From an uncultured Actinomycetes bacterium (lineage in GTDB: Bacteria; Actinomycetota; Thermoleophilia; UBA2241), in NCBI GenBank assembly GCA_963755025.1, contig CAVWIH010000033.1, positions 64,001-128,000 on the forward strand: a DNA stretch of 64,000 nucleotides, written 5' to 3'. Positions 1-8,204 of the stretch are shown piece by piece. Made by a program: the position numbers and the translations under genes. The notes beneath the pieces are model-generated. The model was not told where the DNA came from. It was given only the letters and a program-made list of their open reading frames with translations, and did no database searches. Position 1 is the stretch's first letter, and the number at the start of each line of letters is the position of its first letter.

Positions 1-1
1 G

Positions 2-94
2 CAGAGCGGCATCATCGTGGTGCGCTTTGAGAACGACGGCTCGGAGCGGCGCCTGATGGCGACGATCGCGCCGCTGCGCAAGCTCAGGGCGTAG
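2..94 (+). CDS. pcrA: C-terminal end of a PcrA/UvrD-family helicase (partial)
   Basis: Frame 2 reads QSGIIVVRFENDGSERRLMATIAPLRKLRA*, resembling the PcrA C-terminal Tudor-like end (V.F...G.R.L....APL). Confidence 0.65.
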   Translation, partial: QSGIIVVRFENDGSERRLMATIAPLRKLRA

Positions 95-95
95 C

Positions 96-644
96 TCAGG
101 GCCCAGTGCCGCTCTCGTAGACGAGCCACCTGTCGCCGACGCGGCGCAGGGTCATGAAGACCGTCGTGCGCCCGGCGCTCCAGGGCGACGACGCGCTGGG
201 CGTGATGTCGACGGTCATGTCGAACTCGATGGTGGCCCCCGCGGGCGGCGCCGGGTCGGCCGTGGCGCCGCCCGACACCACCTTGACTCGCTTGATGCCC
301 CAGAAGGCGGCGCCGTTGCCCGCACGCAGGGCGGCGGCGGCCGGGGAGTCGGGGGTGACGAGACGGAGAAGGGCGGCGTTGCGCCCGGCGTCGATCAGCC
401 GCCAGTAGCGCGTGGCGGCCTGGAGGGCCGCCGCCGGCACCGGGCCATCGGTGATGGTGGCGCTGGGCGCGGGCGTCGCGCCGCCGCCGCCGGCCGAGGC
501 TGCCGGTTTGGGTGAGGCGGCGCCGGGCGCGGACGACTGGCCGCCGGCCGGCGAGGAGACCGACGCGGCGGCGCAGCCGCCGCTCAACGCGGCGACGGCG
601 ACGCAGCCGAGCAAGGCTGTGGCGAGCTGACTGCGGTGGGTCAC
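96..644 (-). CDS. Predicted lipoprotein, DUF4829-like C-terminal domain
   Basis: GTG at 644 behind GGAGGA; signal peptide with lipobox LSGGC; Ser/Pro/Ala linker; ends W..G....F..L......W.....GTGP. Confidence 0.6.
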   Translation of the reverse strand: MTHRSQLATALLGCVAVAALSGGCAAASVSSPAGGQSSAPGAASPKPAASAGGGGATPAPSATITDGPVPAAALQAATRYWRLIDAGRNAALLRLVTPDSPAAAALRAGNGAAFWGIKRVKVVSGGATADPAPPAGATIEFDMTVDITPSASSPWSAGRTTVFMTLRRVGDRWLVYESGTGP

Positions 645-978
645 GTGCTCCTCCGGACGTGGGCGAGCAAGCGGCCCAAGCTCATCACGGGCGTATCGGC
701 TTGTAAAGGGTGACGTTCGACCGTCGCCACACGGCGTTCGAGGCCCGTCTGGGCCGGCACGCAGCGTCTCCGTGGAGCCCGCCGCGACGTCGCCGAGAGC
801 CCGCCGCGGCCGGTCCGCGACGCCGTCGCGGCGGGCCGCGGTCGGTCCGTGACGGCGCCGCGAGCCGGCCGCGGCCCCGCCGTGCTCACCCCGGCGCAGC
901 TGTGCGATTGTGTAAGGTATAGGACGGGGTATCACGGAAGTGGGAGCGGCTCCGTCTTAAACGAAAGAAAACGCACGA

Positions 979-1007
979 TTGACCACACAATCGCGCAGGT
1001 CTACAAT
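979..1007 (+). promoter_or_regulatory. Housekeeping sigma (SigA/sigma70) promoter
   Basis: TTGACC (979-984), 17-nt spacer, TACAAT (1002-1007). Confidence 0.8.
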
Positions 1008-1012
1008 GGGTC

Positions 1013-1215
1013 TTGTTCAGCACGCTTGGCGTCGCGCCCGTTGTAGCTCGAGGGGCGCTCGAGTGTGCGGGGAGCGGGCGCGAGTGGGTTGTCCTCGTGC
1101 GATGCGGAAGGTCCGCGGGCTTGAGCGAGCAGGAAGTCGACGCGTCCGCCGCCCCACGAACCTCGGCCCGTAACGGCCGAGAGAACGCGCACAGCAGAAC
1201 GCCGACTTTAAGGAG
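1013..1215 (+). ncRNA. Candidate structured ncRNA (Ms1/6S-like)
   Basis: No convincing CDS behind a near-consensus promoter; long-range pairings 1026-1032/1199-1205 and 1074-1082/1141-1149; hairpins 1047-1063, 1104-1116, 1162-1181. Confidence 0.45.
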
Positions 1216-1271
1216 TCCGCGGCAAGACTCGCCCTCCCCCCGGGCGAGCCGAGCCCCCCTCGGGCCGCGGA
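1216..1271 (+). ncRNA. 6C RNA
   Basis: Closing stem TCCGCGGC/GCCGCGGA encloses two hairpins, CTCGCCC-TCCCCCC-GGGCGAG and CCGAG-CCCCC-CTCGG, each with a six-C run, the actinobacterial 6C motif. Confidence 0.8.
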
Positions 1272-1274
1272 TGT

Positions 1275-1329
1275 AAACGAGGGTCGGGGCCGGAGGCAGT
1301 CTCTCTGCCGTCCGCCTCGGCCCTCGTTT
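1275..1329 (+). terminator. Long hairpin, probable terminator or processing stem after the 6C RNA
   Basis: AAACGAGGGTCGGGG (1275-1289) pairs with CCTCGGCCCTCGTTT (1315-1329). Confidence 0.55.
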
Positions 1330-1448
1330 GAGTCTCTGGCCCCCTTCGTTTGCCGGCCCGTCCGACCGCGACAACGGGCGTCGCGCCTGCGGTAGAGTTG
1401 CGCCTTGGGCCTGCGCGGCCCACCGACGCCCACAAGGAGGGTCCGCTC

Positions 1449-2225
1449 ATGGCTGTAGAGGTCACACGCGACGGCGCCGTCGCCGTCGTTACGATCAGCC
1501 GTCCCGACGTGCTGAACGCCCTGAACAAGGCGACCGACAAGGAGTTGCTCGCGGTCGCCCACGAGCTCACCCGCGACGACACGGTGCGCGCGGTCGTGCT
1601 CACCGGGGCCGGCGACAAGGCCTTCGTGGCCGGCGCCGACATCGCCGAGTTTCGCGACATGACTCCCGAGGAGGCGCGTCAGCTGTCGTGGCTGGGGCGC
1701 AGGGTCGTGGCCGCCATCGAGGGCGCCCCGCAGCCCTGGATCGCCGCCATCAACGGCTTCGCCCTGGGCGGTGGCTGCGAGCTCGCCCTGGGCTGCGACA
1801 TCCGCCTGGCCGCCGACACGGCGCGCTTTGGCCAGCCCGAGGTCAACCTGGGCATCACCCCGGGCTACGGCGGCACCCAGCGCCTGCCGCGCGAGGTCGG
1901 CAACGGCTGGGCGAGCTACCTCTGCCTGAGCGGCCGCATGATCGATGCGACCCAGGCTGCGGCGATCGGGCTGGTGCAGGCGGTCTTCCCGGCCGCGGAG
2001 CTCATGGCCGAGGCCCTCAAGCTCGCCGGCGAGATCGCCGCCAAGCCGCCGATCGCGGTGCGCTACATCAAGACGCAGATCCACCACGCGTTGAACGTCG
2101 ACATCGAGTCCGGTCACGAGATCGAGCGCGACCTGTTCGCGCTCACCTTCGCCACCGCCGACCGCATCGAGGGCACCGAGGCCTTCCTCGAGAAGCGCAA
2201 GCCGCGGGGCTACGAGGGCAGGTAG
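1449..2225 (+). CDS. Enoyl-CoA hydratase / crotonase family protein
   Basis: AFVAGADI, AAINGFALGGGCELALGCD and FGQPEVNLGITPGYGGTQRL motifs; AAGGAGG RBS before ATG 1449. Confidence 0.93.
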   Translation: MAVEVTRDGAVAVVTISRPDVLNALNKATDKELLAVAHELTRDDTVRAVVLTGAGDKAFVAGADIAEFRDMTPEEARQLSWLGRRVVAAIEGAPQPWIAAINGFALGGGCELALGCDIRLAADTARFGQPEVNLGITPGYGGTQRLPREVGNGWASYLCLSGRMIDATQAAAIGLVQAVFPAAELMAEALKLAGEIAAKPPIAVRYIKTQIHHALNVDIESGHEIERDLFALTFATADRIEGTEAFLEKRKPRGYEGR

Positions 2226-2261
2226 CGCGCGGCGGTACCGTACGGCGGGGAAGAGGGTGCC

Positions 2262-2606
2262 ATGCGCATCTGGGATCTCGACCCGGCCTGTCTGTGCCGC
2301 GCTCACATGCTCGGCGAGCACCGCGAGCTGCACGCCGTGTGGAGCATCCTGACCAAAAACAAGCGCGGCTACCGCGCGCACCCCGAGACCAGGCGCTGGG
2401 AAGGCAAGCTGGCGGCGCTGTACGGCCGCCACGAGGCGCTCGTCGCCGAGATGACCCGGCGCGGCTACCGCCACGCCTCGCCGCTCGACCCGGCGCTGGC
2501 CACCGGCGCCGCTGTACAGGACGTCTACGTCGACACGCCGGCGCGCCAGCGTGAGTTGCTGCGCGCCAAGGGGTGCGGCTGCCGTGTGGGGCGGCCGAGA
2601 CCTTAG
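2262..2606 (+). CDS. Pyrimidine-dimer DNA glycosylase / T4 endonuclease V-like protein
   Basis: MRIWDLDP..LCRAHMLGEHRELH, HPETRRW and EMTRRGY motifs of the DenV/Pyr_excise family. Confidence 0.8.
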   Translation: MRIWDLDPACLCRAHMLGEHRELHAVWSILTKNKRGYRAHPETRRWEGKLAALYGRHEALVAEMTRRGYRHASPLDPALATGAAVQDVYVDTPARQRELLRAKGCGCRVGRPRP

Positions 2607-3526
2607 GTCTGGGTCGCCTCGAGCAGCGCGGTGAGCACTTCGAAGACGCCGGGCGTGGCCGCCACCCAGACGTCGGCGTCGTCTTTGACCTTGCGCGGCG
2701 TCTCGGGGGTGAGCGCGGCGACGGCGAGCGCGGTGCCGCCGCCCGCCCGCGCCCACTCGTGGACGGCGGCGAAGCCGGTGCAGTCGGTGAGGTCGTCGCC
2801 CAAAAAGATGGCCGTCTGGTACGGTCCGCCGCTCTCGTCGCCGCCCCCGGCGCTCTCGTTGCCGCCCCCGGCGCCGTCGTCGCCGCCGACTCCGGGCCCG
2901 GCCCCGGGGCCAGGCCCGGAGCGCAGGAGGCTCAGCACCGCCGTGCCCTTGTCGATCGCCACGGGCGGGCGCAGCTCGACCAGGAAGTGGCCGGTCGCCA
3001 CCGCCAGGCCAAGATCGCGCGCCGGCCGCAGCACCTCGGTCTCGAGCTCGGCCAGGGTCGCGTGGGGGTCGGCGGCCTGGCGGTAGTGCAGGTCGAGCAT
3101 GGGCCCCTTGTTCTCGACGACAAGGCCGAGTCGCGCCGCGTCGAGGCCGCGCACGCGGCGCGCCATGCGCTGCACCGCCTCGACGTAGGGCTCGGCGGCG
3201 GGGTCGCGCGAGACGGCGCCGTCGGGCGCCATGCGGTCGAAGCCGTGCAGGCCGACGTACGCCACGCCCTGGAGGCCCACCATGGCGGCGGCCTGGCGCA
3301 CGTCGCGGCCGGTGACGAAGGCCAGCAGGCCCAGGCGCGGCGCGAGCGCAGCGAGCGCCGCGCGAAACGGCTCGGGCACCACGGCCTGGTAGGGGTCGGA
3401 GACGATCGGGGAGACGGTGCCGTCGATGTCGCAGAACAGCGCGGTGGCCCGCGGCGCGGCCGCCACGGCGCGCAGCGTGGCGGCGAGGGCGTCGGCGCCG
3501 CGCAGGATCGGCTGGGGTTCGTCCAT
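2603..3526 (-). CDS. otsB: Trehalose-6-phosphate phosphatase (HAD)
   Basis: DIDGT, VENKG...LHYR, ELRPP..IDKG and FLGDDLTD motifs. Confidence 0.9.
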   Translation of the reverse strand: MDEPQPILRGADALAATLRAVAAAPRATALFCDIDGTVSPIVSDPYQAVVPEPFRAALAALAPRLGLLAFVTGRDVRQAAAMVGLQGVAYVGLHGFDRMAPDGAVSRDPAAEPYVEAVQRMARRVRGLDAARLGLVVENKGPMLDLHYRQAADPHATLAELETEVLRPARDLGLAVATGHFLVELRPPVAIDKGTAVLSLLRSGPGPGAGPGVGGDDGAGGGNESAGGGDESGGPYQTAIFLGDDLTDCTGFAAVHEWARAGGGTALAVAALTPETPRKVKDDADVWVAATPGVFEVLTALLEATQT

Positions 3527-3658
3527 AGCGTCGTTCAGCCTACCCGAAACGCCGCCGCGCGCGGCAGCCTCGCCGGCGCACGGTCAGGCCCAAGATTGTC
3601 ATGCCTTTCGGCCTTGGAGTAAGGTTGCCGAGTCGACGGCGAGTGGTCGGGGGATGAG

Positions 3659-4417
3659 ATGGCAGACACATCGGGGTCCGACGCCAACAAGCAGGCTGCG
3701 TCGGGCTCGGGCCGGCAAGCAGACGAGCGGGCTGAACGCAACCTGCCCGCCCAGGGCGCCGACCCCTATCTCAAATCGATGCTGCTCGGCCTGATCGAGG
3801 ACAGCTACCTGCACACCGGCAGCTTCACCCAGTTCGCCGCCGAGATCCTGCAGGTCATCGTGTACGCGGCCACCGTGCCGGTCGCCTTCACCGAGGGCTT
3901 CCTGCGCGCCTACCTGTCGATCGACCGCATCGAAGAGACCGCCGAGGGCCAGATCAAGATCACGCCCAAGGTGGGGGCCAGCGAAGAGGACTGGATCAGG
4001 GACGTCGACGCGATCACGGCGCAGGTCGACCCCAGCGCGGTGTTCAACCCGGTGGTGCGCTCCAAGCTCACCGCCGTGCACGACGCCTCGAGCAAGGTCA
4101 TGAAGTACGACCTGAACACGCTCACCTCCATGGACGATTCGCAGCTCATGGACGTCCTGCGCCAGATGCAGGCCGAGTCCGAGAAGCTCGAGGAGCGCGA
4201 GGAACCGGCGAGCACCGCCGATTCGTCGCGCGACTACATTCGCGCGCGGCTGAACACCATCCGCAAGAACGTGCGCGCCTTCCAGGCCCAGCAGCAGGCG
4301 GCGGCGGCGCCCGAGGCGCCGCAGGCGCCGCAGGCGCCTGCGGCGACCGACGAGAGTGACGACGACGACGGCCTGAGCGCGCTCGACGACCTGTCCGACG
4401 ACTCCCCGTTCGCCTGA
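3659..4417 (+). CDS. Hypothetical acidic protein
   Basis: Clean high-GC codon usage; upstream TTGTCA-N18-TAAGGT promoter (3596-3625); no family recognised. Confidence 0.75.
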   Translation: MADTSGSDANKQAASGSGRQADERAERNLPAQGADPYLKSMLLGLIEDSYLHTGSFTQFAAEILQVIVYAATVPVAFTEGFLRAYLSIDRIEETAEGQIKITPKVGASEEDWIRDVDAITAQVDPSAVFNPVVRSKLTAVHDASSKVMKYDLNTLTSMDDSQLMDVLRQMQAESEKLEEREEPASTADSSRDYIRARLNTIRKNVRAFQAQQQAAAAPEAPQAPQAPAATDESDDDDGLSALDDLSDDSPFA

Positions 4418-4489
4418 GGGCGGCGTCGCGGTCGGGCGGAGCGCCGGCGGCAGGACTTCGCCGCCGGCCGGGCAATCAGTCAGGGTGAG

Positions 4490-5404
4490 ATGACGAACTT
4501 CTCAGACAGACTCGCCGACAGCATCGTGAGCAGGCGCAGCGTGGTGTGCGTGGGCATCGACCCCGACCTCGCCAAGCTGCCCGACGACCTGCGCGCCTCG
4601 TATGCCGCGCGGGTCGGCGAGCTGGGCGACGCCGGCGCCGTGGCGGCCTGCTTCGCCGAGTTCGCGAGCGGCCTGATCGACGCCGTCGCCGACGTGGCCG
4701 CCGTGATCAAGCCCCAGGCCGCCTTCTTCGAGCAGTACGGCGCCCCCGGCTGGGATGCGCTGCGGCGCGTCGTGGCCTGCGCCCACGAGCACGACCTGCC
4801 GGTCATCCTCGACGCCAAGCGCGGCGACATAGGCTCCACGTCGGCCGCCTACGCCGCCGCGGTGTTCGGCGGCGCGCCCGGCCTCGCCGGCGCGTCGCTG
4901 CCCGGCCTCGCGGCCGACGCGGTCACCGTCAATCCGTACCTCGGCGACGACGCCCTGGCGCCGTTCCTCGAGCGCTGCGACCAGGGCAAGGGCGTGTTCG
5001 TGCTGGCCCGCACCAGCAACCCGGGCGCGGCGAGCCTGCAGGAGCACGACAGCGACGGCCGACCCCTGTACCTGCACGTCACCGACATGATCGCCCGCCT
5101 CGGCGCGGCGCACGTGGGCGCGCACGGGTACAGCGACGTGGGAGCGGTGGCCGGCGCCACCGCTCCCACGTCGCTCGCCGCCGTGCGCGCCGCCCTGCCG
5201 CACGCCTTTCTGCTGGTGCCCGGCTTCGGCGCCCAGGGCGCCGGCCCCGAGGCGCTCGCGGGCCTTGCGTCGGGCGACGCGCGGGGCTACGTGGTCAACG
5301 CATCACGATCCATCATCTACGCCTGGCGGGAACGCGGCGGCGACTACCGGAGCGCCGCTGCCGCCGCGGCTGCCGAGATGCGCGACGCGATCGGGGGCTT
5401 CTGA
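4490..5404 (+). CDS. pyrF: Orotidine-5'-phosphate decarboxylase
   Basis: CVGIDP, KPQAAFFE, DAKRGDIGST, VNPYLG, RTSNPG and LVPGFGAQG motifs. Confidence 0.95.
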   Translation: MTNFSDRLADSIVSRRSVVCVGIDPDLAKLPDDLRASYAARVGELGDAGAVAACFAEFASGLIDAVADVAAVIKPQAAFFEQYGAPGWDALRRVVACAHEHDLPVILDAKRGDIGSTSAAYAAAVFGGAPGLAGASLPGLAADAVTVNPYLGDDALAPFLERCDQGKGVFVLARTSNPGAASLQEHDSDGRPLYLHVTDMIARLGAAHVGAHGYSDVGAVAGATAPTSLAAVRAALPHAFLLVPGFGAQGAGPEALAGLASGDARGYVVNASRSIIYAWRERGGDYRSAAAAAAAEMRDAIGGF

Positions 5405-6078
5405 TGGACGACGACAAGACTCGGCGCAGCCTGCCCGGCGACGATCCCGGGGCGACCGGCCCGCTCTGGCCGCCCGTCGACGACGACCTGCTCGACTCCG
5501 ACGAAGAGCTCGCCCGTACGCGCGGCGCCCGCTCCGGTCGGCGCGGCGCGGCCGGGTCTGGCGCCGATCGTCCCGGCAGCGCGCCCGACCTCGACTCGAC
5601 GGTCGTGCTGCCCCAGGGCGGGCCGGGCCGCCGTCAGGGCGCCGACCCCACGAGAGTCGCCGCCGACGGCGCCCGCGACTGGCTCGACGCGCCGCTGCCG
5701 GCGGCCGCCGCGCCGGCGCGCGTGCGCGCCGGACGGCCGCGCTCGCGCCGCTCCGGCCTGTCGTGGCCGCGCATCGTCGCCCCGGTCGTGCTGCTGGCGG
5801 CGATCATCACGGTGGTCACGCTGGGCGTGAACTCAGGCGTGCTCGGCCATAAGGCGACGCCGGCGCCCAGCCACCCGCTCACCTCGAGCTCGACGTCGTC
5901 GTCGCACGTCAAGGGCAAGTCGAAGTACGTGTACTACCGCGTCAAGCAGGGCGACAGCATGTCGACGATCGCCGCCAAGTACAACATCACGCTCGGCGCG
6001 CTGCTGGCCCTCAACCCCAAAGCCAGCACGAGCACGCTCTCGATCGGCCAGAAGCTGAAGGTGCCGAGACTGAAGTAG
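5404..6078 (+). CDS. Membrane-anchored LysM-domain protein
   Basis: ATG overlaps the pyrF stop (TGATG); one TM segment; C-terminal LysM YRVKQGDSMSTIAAKY...LNP...LSIGQKLKVP. Confidence 0.85.
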   Translation: MDDDKTRRSLPGDDPGATGPLWPPVDDDLLDSDEELARTRGARSGRRGAAGSGADRPGSAPDLDSTVVLPQGGPGRRQGADPTRVAADGARDWLDAPLPAAAAPARVRAGRPRSRRSGLSWPRIVAPVVLLAAIITVVTLGVNSGVLGHKATPAPSHPLTSSSTSSSHVKGKSKYVYYRVKQGDSMSTIAAKYNITLGALLALNPKASTSTLSIGQKLKVPRLK

Positions 6079-6263
6079 GTCCCGCACGGCGCGGCCGCCT
6101 CGGCCGCACGGCTCATCCCCGGCGCCGTTGGCATGTCCGGGCGGCCTCGTGCTCCTGGGAGCCCGACGCCGCCGCGCGCCGCCCCCTGTCACCCCGTCCG
6201 ACCGCTACGCGCGGCCTCTTTGTCGCCCCCCGTCCGACCGCCACCCGCCGCGCTTTGGAGCGC

Positions 6264-6351
6264 CGTGGGAGACCGTGGGAAAAAGATGTTGCGCGGTGGG
6301 GAGGATTATCGGAAAAGTGTTGCATGGTGGGGAGGAGTGGGGTAGAGTGGC
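6264..6351 (+). promoter_or_regulatory. dcw promoter with MraZ-binding GTGGG repeats
   Basis: GTGGG at 6265, 6275, 6296, 6327, 6337 and GTGG at 6347, mostly 10-nt spacing; TTGCAT(6320)-N17-TAGAGT(6343). Confidence 0.8.
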
Positions 6352-6355
6352 GACC

Positions 6356-6796
6356 ATGCAGCGCTCGGTGCTTTTGGGGGAATTCGATTTCACGCTCGAC
6401 GCCAAGAATCGCGTCGCGATCCCCGCACGCCTGCGGGCCGCCTTTGCCGAAGGCGTCTTTCTCACCCGGGGCTTCGATCGCTGCCTGGCCGCCTATCCGC
6501 CCGAACAGTGGGACGCCTTCGTCGCCGAGCAGACCCAAGACCTGCCGGCGATGAGCGAGAAGGGCAGAGAGGTCAGGCGCTTCATCTTCGCCGCGGGCAC
6601 CAGCGACGTGCTCGACCGTCAGGGGCGCATCACAGTCCCGGCGAACCTGCTTTCGTTCGCCGCGGTCTCGAAAGAGGTCACCATCATCGGCGCCGGTGAC
6701 CACATCGAGATCTGGGACCGTGAGGCGTGGGCGAAGTATCGCAAGCAGATGGAGGAGGGGGCCGATGCTGCCGCAGACCAACTTTCACGTCAGTGA
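6356..6796 (+). CDS. mraZ: Transcriptional regulator MraZ
   Basis: GEFDFTLDAKNRVAIPARLR and LDRQGRITVP repeats, IEIWD; first gene of the dcw cluster. Confidence 0.95.
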   Translation: MQRSVLLGEFDFTLDAKNRVAIPARLRAAFAEGVFLTRGFDRCLAAYPPEQWDAFVAEQTQDLPAMSEKGREVRRFIFAAGTSDVLDRQGRITVPANLLSFAAVSKEVTIIGAGDHIEIWDREAWAKYRKQMEEGADAAADQLSRQ

Positions 6797-6803
6797 GTAC
6801 GAG

Positions 6804-7736
6804 ATGGCCCTGGCTCACACGCCGGTCCTCCTCGATGAGCTCGTAGACCTGCTCAAGCCGGCTGCCGGCGAGACCGCGTTCGACGCCACGTTCGGCGCGG
6901 GCGGCCACGCCGCCGCCGTCGCTGCGCGCCTCGGCGCCGACGGCCTGCTGATCGCCTGCGACCGCGACCCCAGCGTCGCCGAGTACTTCCGCGACCTCGC
7001 CCGCGAGGCGCCGTGCCGCACCGAGCTCTTCCACGGCAACTTCGCCGAGGTGCTGGCCGAGCGCCCCGACGCCTCGGTCGACATCGTCTACATGGACCTC
7101 GGCGTCTCGTCGATGCAGCTCGACCGCCGCGAGCGCGGCTTCTCGTATGCCTGGGACGCGCCGCTCGACATGCGCATGGACCCGTCGCAGGGCGTCACCG
7201 CCGCCGACCTCGTCAACACGCTCTCGGTCGACGAGCTCACCGACGTCTTCCGCCGCTACGGCGAGGAGCGCTACGCGCACGACATCGCGCGGCGCATCGA
7301 ACGCCAGCGCGCCAAGCAGCCCTTCGAGACGACCGGGCAGCTCGTCGACGTGATCAAGTGCGCCATCCCCACGCCGGCCCGCTTCGCCGCCGGCAACCCG
7401 GCGCGCCGCGTGTTTCAGGCGCTGCGCATCGTGGTCAACAACGAGCTCGAGTCGCTGGCTCGCGGCCTCGAAGAGGCCTATCGCGTGCTGCGACCCGGCG
7501 GCCGCATGGCGGCGATCTCGTTCCACTCGCTCGAAGACCGCACCGTCAAGGAGTTCTTCAAGGGCCACGCGGCCGGCTGCATCTGCCCGCCCGGCCTGCC
7601 GATCTGCGTCTGCGGCCACGAGCCGACCATGCGCGTCCTCACCAGGAGGCCGGTGACCCCGCGCGAGCGCGAGATCGAAAGCAACCGCGCGCGCAAGGCG
7701 GCCAAGCTGCGCGCGGCGGTCAAGCTGGGGGTCTGA
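6804..7736 (+). CDS. rsmH: 16S rRNA m4C1402 methyltransferase
   Basis: HTPVLL, DATFGAGGH, DLGVSSMQLD, FQALRIVVN and SFHSLEDR motifs. Confidence 0.96.
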   Translation: MALAHTPVLLDELVDLLKPAAGETAFDATFGAGGHAAAVAARLGADGLLIACDRDPSVAEYFRDLAREAPCRTELFHGNFAEVLAERPDASVDIVYMDLGVSSMQLDRRERGFSYAWDAPLDMRMDPSQGVTAADLVNTLSVDELTDVFRRYGEERYAHDIARRIERQRAKQPFETTGQLVDVIKCAIPTPARFAAGNPARRVFQALRIVVNNELESLARGLEEAYRVLRPGGRMAAISFHSLEDRTVKEFFKGHAAGCICPPGLPICVCGHEPTMRVLTRRPVTPREREIESNRARKAAKLRAAVKLGV

Positions 7737-7739
7737 GGC

Positions 7740-8163
7740 ATGGCCGCCGCGGGCGCGCTCGGCGCGAACACTCCCGGCGCCCGAACGCGAGACCCAGGCG
7801 CGCCCTGTCGCCGCCCCGCAACGCCGCCCGGGCGCCGCCCGGCGGCCGCGCGCCGACCGCGGTCCCTCAGCGGCGGCTCTCGTGTTCGGCGTGCTGCTCG
7901 CCATGCTCTGCGGTGGGGCGCGTGGCGCTCAGCTTCGCCGTCGTGCAGAAGAACCCTCGAGACCGACACCGTCGCCGCCAAGTACCACTCGCTGGCCGCC
8001 CAGAACCAGCAGCTCGCCGAGACCGCGGCCAACGCTGTCGTCGGCGCTGGCCGTCCGCAACACGGCCATCGACCGGTACCATCTGATCGTCTCGCCCGAC
8101 GTGCAGTTCATCACCGTGCACTGCCGCGCCACGCCGGAAGACGCAGCCACTGATCGGCGATAG
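7740..8163 (+). CDS. ftsL: Cell division protein FtsL-like (several frameshifts)
   Basis: Between rsmH and ftsI; TM segment plus coiled coil (SLAAQNQQLAE..TLSSALAVRNTA) spread over three frames. Confidence 0.6.
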
Positions 8164-8204
8164 TTCGTGCCGAGCGCGCGGCAACCTCGACTTCGTCGAG
8201 CGTA

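Noticed and set aside
8184-8203. FtsR-like box before ftsI
   Set aside because: Spacer is 11 rather than 13 nt and lies in an indel-rich stretch, so it cannot be supported
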